A stretch of 63,593 bases of DNA, filler included, from Octopus bimaculoides (Eukaryota): the NCBI RefSeq assembly GCF_001194135.2. It is 6 parts of 6 records of this genome, joined end to end, with 100 filler letters (N's around TTAATTAATTAA, not from the genome) between each part and the next. Parts side by side here need not be neighbours in the genome. Positions count along the whole stretch, not along the records: positions 33,862 to 46,804 come from NC_068989.1; positions 46,905 to 55,288 come from NC_068983.1; 4 more parts are not named here. One strand, given 5' to 3'. The notes under the pieces were generated by a model that made no database searches, had not been told where the DNA came from, and worked only from the letters and a program-made list of their open reading frames with translations. The position numbers and the translations under genes were made by a program. This document shows, one piece after another, positions 38,862-51,659 of this stretch; within the stretch, counting starts at the first letter, position 1, and the number at the start of each line of letters is the position of its first letter.

Positions 38862-41800
38862 ACAACTGGAAAACATTTAAACTTGAACAACTTAGAAGAA
38901 GCTAATGCCTGGCTGATACAGTTCAAAGCAAAAATTGAATGCGATGACGAAGATGTCAAAAAGAAGCCAACATTTCTTTCTACCTGTGGAGTTGAAGCCA
39001 TAATAAAGTTTAAAATTTTGGATTAGTTATGGTGTCATTCCAAAATGAAGTACATTGAAAAAGCTGCTCTCACAACCACCATAGAATTGGAAACACTGTT
39101 TGCAGGTAGTCGATAAACAAAAACAAACTTTAATGTCAACAAGAATACTCCCAGTAGCAGTCACAACATAGTTGAAATTGTGGGTGTACACAGAAGGCTC
39201 GTGCATGCCCAGCATATGGGAAAAATTGTAAGAAGTGTGACGAATTGGGGTATTTTGCAAGATTTTGCCAGTCTAGAAACAATCACCATGTGGACAACAT
39301 AAATGCATCTCCTGGTGAGACTGGATCTATCGACAGTTTGTTGCTAAACATGAACAACAATGAGAGTGCAGATAACATGGGTTTTTGCAAGTGCTTTATA
39401 AATAACAGAAGCATAGATATGAAAGTGGATACAGGGAAAGCTTGTTCGATAGTCCCATTATCATTTGCTTCACAGTTAAGTATCCCAATCAAATCACGCC
39501 ACAATAGATTAATCACTTTTGATGGTTCAGATATAAAGGTTATTGGATCTATCCAAGTGATATTTAATCTCAACACCAGCGAGTCAAGAAAATTTATTGT
39601 GACAGACAGCCCATACTCTTTTGGGCTGATTGGAAAAAATATCATTAAAGACAGTTTGTTCTGTTTGAATTTGAACATGGATGTGTTCCCAGAGATTAAA
39701 GGTTTTGTGGCCTGAGTTAACTGCTCTGATGCAAGATTTAGCAGGATGAGTTCAGAGAGAGACATTCCAGTACATTTGGAAAAAGAACATAAAGATGAAT
39801 TGAAGAGGTTGGAAATGATGGATATCATCACACCATTGGATTACTCTGGAGTCAGGTGTGCCTCACCTGTGGTATGGCTGAGAAAAAAAGATGGATCTCT
39901 TTGTATGTGTGTCGATTACAAGACTCATTTAAATGCACATACTGACACTTATTCTTTTCCTACACCATCAATCAACACCATTTTCTCCAGTATGTCAGGG
40001 GCAAAATTTTTCTCCACTCTCAATTTAAAGCATGCATATTGGCAAATACCTTCAGCAGAGGAAGCAAGGCATATTTGCTTAAGAATTCGAGTGGCATATT
40101 TCAGAACTGCATGGAAGCTCTACTAAAAGGGTTTGAAACAGTAAGGGTATACCAAGATGATATCTTCATCTATGCTAGTAGTGAAGCAAAACTGATGAGC
40201 AGAGAAAATGCGGTAGCTGTAGGGCTAACCAACGCATTAACAAAGAAAAGTCATTCTCCAGAAGAAAAAAATTTGACTTTTCTGGGATTGAAAATATCTG
40301 AAGAGGGTATTTCTCCATCTCAGGAATTGGTACCAACACTAAAGGACATTCAAGTACCAAAATAGAAGGAAGATATTGACAAAATATTGGGTCTGACGAA
40401 TTACTATAGAAGATTTATCTTGGTATATGCTGAAAAAGTAGAACCACTCTTATCAGCTACATCTACAGAATTTAAGTGGAGTAAAGAGCAAGATAAGGCC
40501 TTCCATATGCTTATCACTCGTCTTTTGGAGTCTCCAGTCTTGCAACCGTACTCAATGGAGAAGATGAGCACTCTCACTGTAGATGCATCCTTGATTGCAG
40601 TAGCTGGAGTGTTATCCCAGGAAGGACACCCAGTAGCATTCATAAGCCACACCTTTAGCCAGGCACAACAAAATTGGTCAAACATAGAGAGAAGGGTTTA
40701 TGCAGTAGTGTGGTGCGTGGATAGCCTGCAGCATTTCCTTCTAGGAAAGCTGTTTTATCTGGAAACAGATTACCAGCCTTTAAAAACCCTGTTCACGAAG
40801 GATTTAGATGTATCTTAACATGCCTCACAAAAAATAGCCAGGTGGAGTTTGATCTTATTACAATATGATTTCATTGTTAAGCATGTTCTGGGTAAAAATA
40901 TTCTGCACATTGATGCCTATCTCGATTGAGATATGAGAATAACGATGGTGATTTAATTTTCTTTGTTTTACTTTTAGACAAATGTAACAGTGTGTGGCAG
41001 GACATTGATCCCATAATGATGGAAGGCATCCGAAAACAATTAAGTGCAAATGCATTATGTAACAAAATAAAAGAAAGAAAAACCATCCGTTTATTCCAGC
41101 GCCTTATAGAGCCACAGTATTAGCTAAAATACACAACACACACATAGGCATTCAACAAACAATTAAAATGGCATGATTATGTTTGGTGGCTTGGGTTGGC
41201 TTATTCAGTGGAGAAGTTTGTCAAGTCTTACAATAGTTGCCAGAGAGTTAGGCCAAATGTAATAAAGGCAAATGTTTCATGGCCTATTTCTGGGCCTTGG
41301 TAACATGTGCATATGGACTGAACATATGTTCCAAACATTGGTAAGATACTTGTAATTGTAGATGCCTATTCAACATGGATCGAGGCATTCTTGTGTCCTA
41401 ATCACTCGACTGAGGCAGTAAAAAGCAAGCTGCTGGAGGTCTTTGCTCATTTTGGAGTGCCCACAGCTTTAGAATCAGGCAACGGGCCTGAATTTCTTGC
41501 ATTAAAGAATATGTTGTCATCAATGGGTTGCAGAAAGATCAAGACACCTACTTACGATCCGGCATCTATAAGGCACTGCTGAAAGAGCCGTACAAATTGT
41601 TAAAGCTGCACTGAAGCATTTTGATTCAAAGACAGGGAATTTCTGCAACTACTTGAACAAAATTCTGTTCAACCATCAGAGTACCTTGGGTGTTTGTAAA
41701 TTATCACCAGCTGAAAAGTTAATGAAAGACCACTGAAGGTTGCTGTAAACCCATTCTTTGAAATAGGTGAGAATGTGATACACAAAATCATGTTCAACAA

Positions 41801-41900
41801 AGTTGCATCCAAGGCAAAATATGTGATACATACCAGAAAGAATACTGCATGGATTAAGAAGGAGGATCGCCCCTGCAGTCAGTGGCAGTTGAGTAACTGG
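38859..41900 (+). pseudogene. Degenerate gag-pol of the Gypsy element
   Basis: CPAYGKNCKKC; MKVDTGKACS; ASPVVWLRKKDGSLCMCVDYK; VRVYQDDIF; TVDASLIAVAGVLSQEGHPVAF; HVHMD...IVDAYSTWIEA...GNGPEF. Many stops and frameshifts. Confidence 0.9.
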
Positions 41901-42660
41901 TCCCACTGAACACACAGGAACCAGAACCAGAATTGAGCACAACACCTGGCACAATGGTTCACGCTGAGTCTGCAAGGTTGTCTGATACTGATGGTGCAAC
42001 CATATCAAGTCCCCAGGACTAGGCATGACACCAATGCCGAAGTCATAGTGGAGCAGCCTATTATTAACAGTGCTAGCCGTCGAAGATTGAACATGAAAAT
42101 TGCATCAAGTCCTCAACTGAGGTGAAGCGCAAGAATTGCAGCAGGATGTAAAAAACCAAAACGTTTCAAGGAGGAATAATATGATAGTTGCATTGAGTTG
42201 CTGATTTGATGTCCTGATATGTATATAGAACTCTCAAAGGAAAACTCGTGCAACCACATGGAAATATTGAGAGGAGAGACGAACAAGCTGACAGCCATAA
42301 AAACTAGGAACAGTACAGTGTAGTTCTCGAAAAGTGAGCTGTGTAACTTGCAGTTACGAACATTCAGCATTTGTCCTATAAGAATAAAAAACAACAACAC
42401 ACACCATGCAATCAATGACAAAAAATGATTGAAATTAGTCATTACTCATTTTACCCCATTTTAGACATCTTTTTTTCGAAACTTGAAAATTATCAAATTA
42501 GACATTATTGTAAGAAAAAAATCGACTTGGAATTCAACAGAGAAAAAAGCATTGATTGTTAAGCACCAAAAATTATCCAGATATTTTCTTAGCAACCTCA
42601 ATTATAATCGAGTCAAAGTTGAGGAAACATTTCTTGCAAAAACAAAAACAAAAAAGGAAT

Positions 42661-43935
42661 TATGTTTCGGACTCTCTCAAATTCAGCAACAACAACTATG
42701 CTACACAATTTTTAATCATAAACGATGATGCACTACTTGCAATGGGTAATTGTTCAGTAGTGTGATATTAAAATAAGTAAATAAAAATTCAGGGGGAGAT
42801 AAGTAGTAAAAGAAGCAAATTACTTTTTACACAGCATAAACACTGGCGATCACCGCCAGAAAGTGAACGAATGTGTTCCTTTTATCCGTGGAATTATGCC
42901 TAACCCTAACCCTAACCATACTTAACAATTACCCATATCTGTTCATTGCGGTTCATTTTTTGAGAGAAGTCATATTTTTTCATTTTAATATCATTTTAAT
43001 TGTTTATTGTTGGGCAGGGGGTATGTCTCAAGACGGTATTATGCATGAGTCTTCCGTCAGTAGTCGAACTACAGTCGTGGGTTGGTATAATTTCTATCGG
43101 GAAATACGAGATGTTTGGCTCCAAAAGAATCCCATAGAAATCGGCGGTTTGGATGCTAATGGACAGCCATTAGTTGTAGAAATTGACGGAAGCAAGTTCT
43201 GTCATCCTAAGTATCACCGAGGTAAGTGGCGCCCTGGCCATTGGGTATTCGGTGGCATAGAGAGAGTCTCTAAAAAGTGTTTTTTGGTCGAAGTACCTGA
43301 CCGTACTGAACAAACTTTAACTGCGCTGATACAAAGATGGATTTTACTTGGGACTCACATAGTCAGTGATGGCTGGCGAGCATATAATAACATCGTATCC
43401 TGAATGATGGTGCATACACGCACAAGAGATTATACATCAACAAAATTTTGTTGATCCATGCCTAGTTATGCCTCCTTATGCCGAAAACGGGACATCGGAC
43501 GAATTGTTTGTTTCATATTTGCATGAATTTATATGGCGTAATTCCACGGATAAAAAGAACACATTTGTTCACTTTCTGGCAGCGACCGCTAGTGTTTATT
43601 CTGTGTAAAAAGTAAGTTGCTTAACCTTGCAATGTAACGATTTTAAACAGGTAGAGAAAAAATAAAACGAGAAATCAGAAGTTTTTGCTCCGGTTACTAA
43701 TTCTACCCAACCCCTAAGTGTCACTTGACTATGTTTCGGACTCCGTCAGCTTCAACATCTATGCTGACCAATTTTTGCTCATAAAATTGATGCCACAATA
43801 CAAAATGATGATGCAATATTTGCAATGTAATGATTTTAAACAGGTAATGAAATATAAACAAGAAATCAGAAATTACTCATTTTACCCCGCTTACTAATTT
43901 GTCCTATCCGCACCGAATACAGTTTCGGCTATCTT
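42661..43935. repeat. Degenerate ~180-190-bp tandem repeat; unit 1 split by the Merlin insertion
   Basis: TATGTTTCGGACTC...ATGATGCA.TA.TTGCAATG.TAA.GATTTTAAACAGG...AGAAATCAGAA appears at 42661-42744 plus 43627-43729, and intact at 43730-43918. Confidence 0.75.
42745..43626 (+). mobile_element. Merlin (IS1016/ISXO2-like) derived composite insertion with 8-bp TSD TTGCAATG
   Basis: Transposase fragment at about 42938-43610: GSFFERSH...IVYCWA...WYNFYRE...VVEIDGSKF..KYHRG...WVFGGIER...IVSDGWRAY...NFVDP...YLHEFIWR. TSD at 42737-42744 and 43627-43634. Confidence 0.88.
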
Positions 43936-45212
43936 TTTTTTTTTCTTTTCTTTTTTACTGTCATTTCTCCAATTTTTGGTGGTGGGGGATCTCACGCTAA
44001 GAAAAGGATTTAAATAATAAACTGAAATTGCAAACGAAAGATTAAGTAATAAATGAAAGAAATTCTCACCAATAATTTCCTCGGGCGTTGAAGAAGGAAG
44101 ATTTCCCTGTTGAAGGGAGGTAACTCACTGTTTATTTTGCCATTTATTTAAGAAAGAAATTCATATTTTGTCATATTTTTTTACTCGAAAAGGTGTAATT
44201 TCAGTTAAAGAAAGGTTGTAATATGGATCCTTTCGGTTTGGTTGCCAGCGGCTCCAAAAATTAAAGTTTATCGAAAATTTTAAAATCTAACACAATAATA
44301 CACTTGCCCAAACTGAATTGCTGGAGTTATTTAATTTTTTCCAGAAAAATGTTTTTAAAAAGTTATAGAGGTTTAAAAGTTGATCATTTTCACCCAGTCA
44401 AGAAACAGGATCTGGAAGCTGTCATTTTGTGCATGACAGCACATTTTGTCAATATCCTGAAAATAGCACGTGTTGTCAATATTTGTAAACAACACGTATT
44501 ATGTCTCCGGTAATTTTCTTACATGTAAATCAATCTTTATGTTAATTTTGAAAATTTATCCAAAAAATCTTATTTAACTGTTGTTTTTAGCACACCTCAC
44601 AACCACCTCAATGCTCGGTGACAAAAAGAAACCATAATAGAAGCAAAGTTACTGGAGCTTGCTGCCATAATAACAGAAGACAGCGTCAAGTTTGTCAACA
44701 GGTGCTTCTTCGCAGATAAAAGGGATCGTTCTGATTTGACGGGCAACNNNNNNNNNNNNNNNNNNNNNNNNNNNNNNNNNNNNNNNNNNNNNNNNNNNNN
44801 NNNNNNNNNNNNNNNNNNNNNNNNNNNNNNNNNNNNNNNNNNNNNNNNNNNNNNNNNNNNNNNNNNNNNNNNNNNNNNNNNNNNNNNNNNNNNNNNNNNN
44901 NNNNNNNNNNNNNNNNNNNNNNNNNNNNNNNNNNNNNNNNNNNNNNNNNNNNNNNNNNNNNNNNNNNNNNNNNNNNNNNNNNNNNNNNNNNNNNNNNNNN
45001 NNNNNNNNNNNNNNNNNNNNNNNNNNNNNNNNNNNNNNNNNNNNNNNNNNNNNNNNNNNNNNNNNNNNNNNNNNNNNNNNNNNNNNNNNNNNNNNNNNNN
45101 NNNNNNNNNNNNNNNNNNNNNNNNNNNNNNNNNNNNNNNNNNNNNNNNNNNNNNNNNNNNNNNNNNNNNNNNNNNNNNNNNNNNNNNNNNNNNNNNNNNN
45201 NNNNNNNNNNNN

Positions 45213-45270
45213 ATAACCCCAACCCTAACCCTAACTCTAAAACCCAAACCCTAACCCTAAACCCTTACTA
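45213..45270. repeat. Degenerate (CCCTAA)n telomere-like tract
   Basis: AACCCCAACCCTAACCCTAACTCTAAAACCCAAACCCTAACCCTAAACCCTTA. Confidence 0.85.
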
Positions 45271-45309
45271 GGGAATAATGATATAATTAAACTGGGAATA
45301 ACACTCTTG

Positions 45310-46583
45310 ACACCGGCAAAAATTATTGTTTATAAAAAGAGCAGTAACTGTATTCAGCTGAATAGACGTCAGTGATTGGTTGGAATTACAGAAATTCGAC
45401 AACTTTAACATGAAATAACTTGCAATATATAAATTTTTGTTAAGAAAGCTAAGAGAAAAAGATGACACATTCTACCAGTATCCCAAGTTTGAAAGTGTTT
45501 CGTTAAGAAAACAAGTGTTGCCTGTCAAATCAGAAAGATCCGATAAAAGACTTTTCAAAGACTTACTATGGCAACAGGCAAAAAGAGTTCTTATGATCAG
45601 CTTCTTACTATCAAAATAGCCATGAATATGTCTGTGGCTTATGATTGGCAAAAATTACTTTCACGTCATTTAGCCTACGAAAATGTATTATTACACTGAA
45701 TAGGAAATCAATTTGATCAGAAAACTGACACTGGCAATCAAACAGAAAAGATCTTAGACTGCCCTTTGTGACGATCTTTCAACATATACATAAATACAGA
45801 ACACCCACACACATACATGCACATTAACACACACACTCACACAGACGTTCACCCACTAGCTCCCTCTTCCACTTCGACAGGTCAAACAAAACAAGCATGC
45901 ACACACGTACACAAGAGTGTTTACAGTTGACAAGACAACGGAAAATGAAAATAATGGCAGTTCTTTGACAACTCTGAGATTCAAAACAAAGCAATGCCGA
46001 CTATTATAGGGGATAACATACCGATTTTACTTTTCCTGTGGACTTTCTGTCAATAACACTATATTACAAGATTTTGCAAAAGTTTTGTTTATCCTAATTT
46101 TTTAAGTGTATATTATGCAAATTTTAGCGCTGATTCTGAAAATAGTCTTACTTTTTTTCTATCAACTGTTGCTGGGATATATCAAAGTACACTATTAACA
46201 AATGTAATGTTTAGAACAGTGTTTCCCAACGTGAGCACTGGAACTTTGTATTTCATTTGGTGTGGGGGGGTGGTGAATATACTCAGGTGGGCATTTGGAG
46301 CAAATGCAGAATCGCACCTCTCCTTGAAAAATTTTTTGGATCTTCTCCTTTTGATCGGCAGATCAATAAATTAATTTTTTTAACTAAACACTTTCAAACT
46401 TCGGATACTGGTAGAATGTATCATATGGAACATCTTTTACTCTTAGCATTGTTAGGAAAAGTTTGTATTTTCGAAGTTATTTCGTGTTAAAGTTGTTGTA
46501 TTTGGGTAATTTCAACCAATCAATGACATCTATTGAGCTTAATAAAGTTACTGCTGTTGTTTGTCAACAACTTCTGGCAGTGT
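45310..46583. repeat. Long imperfect inverted repeat (arms about 45310-45541 and 46338-46583)
   Basis: Reverse complement of the left arm (AAACACTTTCAAACTTGGGATACTGGTAGAATG...AAGTTATTTCATGTTAAAGTTGT...CAACCAATCACTGACGTCTATTCAGC) aligns with the right arm. Confidence 0.8.
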
Positions 46584-46904
46584 ATTTTTCATTTGTCACT
46601 GTTATTTATGACATATTTCATCTCAGTTACGTTCGTATGAATAAACAAGTGTATCTAAAGCACCCCTACTTCATGATACTGCCATAATCATTCGTGCATT
46701 TCTACTGCTTTTAGGGTTTTTTTCCTGTTTTTCAGCTACTATTTTCAGAAAGACTTCCTCCTGTCCCCCCATTTTCTCACAAATTATTGTTTCTGTTTTA
46801 ATTTNNNNNNNNNNNNNNNNNNNNNNNNNNNNNNNNNNNNNNNNNNNNTTAATTAATTAANNNNNNNNNNNNNNNNNNNNNNNNNNNNNNNNNNNNNNNN
46901 NNNN

Positions 46905-48576
46905 AATCAACTTTGGGACAAATACAAGGAGGGGCTTTCTGAAGACATTCTTCAAAGAATTCAATATCAGTGTGACGGTGATGTCACATTCAATGATGAC
47001 ATCTTCAATGAGACATTAAGATTAATAGACGACAAGGTTCAATCACTGGGTGGAAACAAACTTGAAATCTATGGTCTTCCAGCTCCTCCTGTCACAGATG
47101 TTCAACACAGATTAGCACAAGAGCTAATCAGGGAAACATCATACAACATGGAAAGTTTGCAAACAGTTGTCAATGAAAAGGAACCAATTCTGGTACAGGA
47201 TCAAAAGGAGGTATACTGGCAAGTTCTAACATCTCTGGACAATAACACTGGTGAGGTTTTCTTCTTAGATGCTCCTGGAAGCACAGGAAAGACATTATTG
47301 ATCAACCTGCTCCTTGCCAAGGTGAGACAGAAGAAGAAGATTGCTCTGGCTGTTGCATCCTCTGGAATTGCAGCCACCCTCCTAACAGGTGGAAGAACAG
47401 CCCATTCAACATTCAAGCTGCCTCTGAACCTCATCCAAAATGAATCTCTTTTATGCAACATAACAAAGAATACAGCGTTAGCAAAACTCCTTACAGATGC
47501 CAAACTCATTGTCTGGGATGAGGCAACAATGTCCCATAAGGCAGTCTTTGAAGCGCTTGATAGAATACTACAAGACTTCAGAAACAATAAAAAGATCATG
47601 GGTGGTGTCACCCTCCTCATGGCTGGTGACTTTGGGCAAACACTGCCTGTCGTTCCCAGAGGAACCAGGGCAGATGAGCTGAGAGCTTGCATCAAGTCCT
47701 CATATATCTGGCAACATGTCAAGCAGCTTACTCTGACAACCAACATGAGGGTTCACATTCATGGTGACCCGTTAGCCACACAGTTCTCCAACAAGTTACT
47801 TCATATTGGAAATGGAAAACTTCCACACAAGATCCAGAAGATAATCTGCATCATCTCCCATGTGGCAATATGACTGCCTCCCTTGAAGAACTAAAGAGCA
47901 AGGTGTTTCCAAACATTGCCACAAACTACAAAAGTCACAAGTGGCTATGTGAAAGAACAATTCTGTCACCAAGGAATGATTCTGTAGACGAGCTGAATTT
48001 AAATTTGTTAACTCAGCTTCCAGGACCTGAATGTTCATACAGATCAATTAACTCTGTCCCTGATCAAGAACAGGCAACGCATTACCCAGTGGAGTTCCTC
48101 AATTCACTTCAGTCACCAGGATTTCCACCACACATTCTGATCGTGAAAATAGGAGCTCCCATAATGCTATTAAGAAACCTTGATGCACCCAGACTCTGCA
48201 ATGGAACAAGGTTGGNNNNNNNNNNNNNNNNATGTTGGATGTTCTAGAGTTGGAGATGAAAAGAACCTCTACATTCTCAGTGATAAACATGGCAAGACAG
48301 AAAACATAGTATATGAAGCACTTACATGAATAGTATGTACATGTCATATACAAAAGTGTAAAACCATTGAGCGTTAAAGTAAGTATTACTATTACACTTT
48401 CACTTTTCGACTGACATGCGTCAATGTATATCTGTGTATATAACAGTGAAACAATAACGTGGTATATTCGCTGTGTGAATTGTTTTCATTTAATCCCCAT
48501 TTTAATTATCGTAAAAGTTTCCAAGTACCAATAAGCAACAATTTCATTCCCGGGCAACGCCAGTTGGCTCTGCTAG
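46905..48576 (+). mobile_element. Helitron 3' portion: Pif1-like helicase plus 3' hairpin and CTAG terminus
   Basis: Open frame 46905-47820: FFLDAPGSTGKT, AVASSGIAATLL.GGRTAHS.FK, IVWDEATM, GDFGQTLPV. A CA slippage frameshift at about 47824 precedes NGTRL and YVGCSRVG...NIVY. The end is CCCGGGCAACGCCAGT...CTAG|T at 48549-48577. Confidence 0.95.
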
Positions 48577-48641
48577 TACTAAATATACCAAAGTGTGGAA
48601 TTAAAAAGTGCACCTGCCAAATAATACAGGCTATTTTTCAG

Positions 48642-48691
48642 TCTGAGAGAGAAGGACAGTATATATAGCCCTTACAGACACTCTCAGACTG
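48642..48691 (+). CDS. Candidate 50-nt internal exon (LREKDSIYSPYRHSQT)
   Basis: TATTTTTCAG acceptor, CTG|GTAAGT donor, one open frame. No homology recognised. Confidence 0.35.
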
Positions 48692-50779
48692 GTAAGTTTG
48701 ATATACATGTTTCATTTGGAAACACAACTGATGTCTATAAGAAAATGTGAGAGCAAGAATGGAATTTTAGTAAAATCAGGCTATGATGAGGTAAAATTGA
48801 GAGAAGTATTTAGTAAGGGGTGTATTTAGTGACCAAGTAAAAGTGATTAGAGGAGGACTGCATGTGGAGGTGGAGCTAGTACACAGGTGGCAAATTCAGA
48901 ATAGTAGAATCTATTTTAGTAATGATTTTAAAATGATGATGCACAGGAAAAGAGTGACAGATGAAGCTCATAGATAGGTAACTCAGCTAGGAAGTTCTCA
49001 TCTCATGAGACATGATTGCAGCCTCTTGCCATAGTTTTCAAGAGCAAAAGATTACTTGTGTGTGATGTAGAAGAGCAAAGATATAATATAATTGGCTCAA
49101 TAGAAATTATAATGGTGGTTACATGAGTGAAATGAGGACTGAAAGTGATAATGTAGGAGGTTGTTTACAATGTTTTCCACTGACTTTGAGATGACTGATC
49201 AATAACTGTAAGGACCAAGTAGTTGTTATTCTTAAGACTGGAGCATACATCTGTATCTTTAGGTACTGGGTTGATCATTGAAAGAAACAAAGGCTTGTAG
49301 AGTGTGGTGACCGGTACACACTGTCTGAGGCCAAGAAAAATATAATTGAAACTGGTAGCAGTCATCCAGTTTGTCTTGCACCAACTCGAAAATTAATCAA
49401 CTTTTAATCTTATGATCTGAGAAGGTTATTCCTCCTTTAGCTACACAATCTTCATAGCATGCTGGTATTTGGTGTGACAAAGGTAGCAGACATAAATACA
49501 TAAAAGTCATATATATCAAGAAGAAAATGTAAGATGTCAGAGTTAAATAAATACTTCTATTTGAAAGAAATCTATATTTCATATAGATTTCTTTCAAATT
49601 TAAACACAATGCATATTGCATATTTCATAAGTCTTTTGACAATCCAGAAGAATATTTCTGCACAGAATCATACTATGCTGTCAACCTTACATTGTGTCTC
49701 AGTCAACATATGTCATAAAAGCATAACTATACAGAAATAATACTGTTGTAAAAACATTTGCTTAAAAGCATGCTACATTTAAAGTCCAATAATTTCTATA
49801 TGCAGTTTTCTATATAAATATGGAAAATAAGAAGTTTATCAGCTTAAAACTTAAAACAAATACAATTATTCCCTTAAGTATATGTATGACCTTTAGGAGC
49901 CGCAACTTTATCAAGGTGCCTGACCTGATTTGAGCAAATTGGTTCCCATATTGCAGTTGCTTTTTTTACAGCATTTTCAATTGAATATGTTTATATTTCT
50001 CATTGCTATAAAGCAGTACTTTAATCTTCAAAATAGTAAGAGGAGGATATAAGAATATATGTATATAACCCAACCAATGAAGTGCAGAAAATTCTAAAAC
50101 ATTAACAGTTTTTAAAAAATGTTGAAATTTAGAACAAAGGTTTGCTTTTATGCCCATTTTATGAAGTCTTTCAACTTTAAGGTTAGAGCTGAATTTAATA
50201 AAAGAGGTGAAAATTCAAAGATATGCAATTCCAATGGGACGAAATACTGGAAAAGAGTGCTTGTAAGAGAACTACTAATCAGTTGAGAGACTTTCTAATG
50301 TAGAATTATTTGAAAATATATAAATGTGTTTTACAATGCAAACTCAAAGGGGACTTTTCGAAAGAAAAGAAAAGAAAGTAAGAAAAATTACTGGGAATGG
50401 CTAGACCCATCAGCTGTTCTAAGGAAATTTTTCCAATCTTATTGCTGAGCAGAAGATAATACAAGTATTGGCTGATAAAGTTGAACAGTAAAAGCAAGGA
50501 CAAAATCACATAAAAACCTATAGTAATGATAATAATATCTAATAATACCAATAAAAATAACATCTAGTAACAATAACTGTTTCTGATATAGCCAGAAGGC
50601 ATAGAATTTTGAGTGGAAGGGGGTTAGTCAATTAAATAGACCCAAGCACTTAACTTTATTTATTAACTTATTTTATTTTATCAACTTTAGTGGGATGAAA
50701 AATGAAGTAAAATAAACATCAGAGATGCTGTGTACCATGCAGAAAATGAAGGAGCTGCTCACAAGTTTTGAAAGCTCTT

Positions 50780-51210
50780 CTAAATCCATTGCAATGCTGG
50801 AAACCTTTCTATATTGCCAGTAGGTATGTCAGGGTTAAAATCATTTCACCCTTTTTGCCTCCACACTTCACCTGAGTGGAGCAGCAAGGACTGAGCTAGT
50901 CTTCACTAATGAAAAGGTTTTACTTGTGGTCTCTTATTTACCACAGTCATCTTGAGCTAGTTTCAGCTGCTGTACCTATTTCTGTGATGGCTTTCTTCAG
51001 TTGTCTGGGTTTCAGACCTATCTTCTGCAGGAAATAGCACACTGATCTAGATGGAAAGCCATAACAACTAGTTTCAATGGGGAATGAGGCCACATGCCAG
51101 CCCTTTACAAGAGCCTTGTCGACTAAGTCCTAATATTTCAATTTCTTTATCTGGTGGGAAATATTGAGTTCAACCATGATGATTGATTCTGTATTCCTGG
51201 AGAACAAGTA
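50780..51210 (-). mobile_element. Hero/NeSL-like RLE non-LTR element 3' end
   Basis: LFSRNTESIIMVEL...KKLKY*DLVDKALVKGWHVASFPIETSCYGFPSRSV...AITEIGTAAETSSR*LW*IRD follows the R2-group RLE C-terminal pattern. Confidence 0.75.
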
Positions 51211-51659
51211 AGATTTGAATTCAACATTTAGTAACAATAATACTAAAGCAATTTTTTTTAAATGTTTTATTTTCAGTTAATGTCTTGGTAATGATGGCGA
51301 TGCTGATTTTGGTGATGATTTGTTACATTATAATTTTGTCTTCTGTCAGCCATGATTCAACAAATTTATGATGAAAATTTTTCAATCATGACAATCCCAT
51401 TCCATTTTCTAACATCATGTATTAGAGATGACATATACAATGTGTTCATCCTTTTAACAAAAGCTGATCTGGAAGAATTATGGGTGCCATTTCTACCATA
51501 GAGTCACTCTGTTGTTGGTATATGTTATGCTGATATTGCTTACCTCCAGATTAGATCAGACTTGATTAGACCAATGATAAAAGATAGTTCAGCAACAACT
51601 ATACCATTATTTTCTCAGACGTAGTATACGATCATATATATTACATCATGCAATTAAGA

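Larger units (their letters stand above)
38597..42399 (+). mobile_element. Gypsy LTR retrotransposon with both LTRs (38597-38845, 42180-42399) and 5-bp TSD CACAC
   Basis: LTRs align. CACAC lies at 38592-38596 and 42400-42404. PBS and PPT are present. Domain order is Gag Zn-knuckle, PR (VDTG), RT (YQDD), RNase H (VDAS), integrase. Confidence 0.95.
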
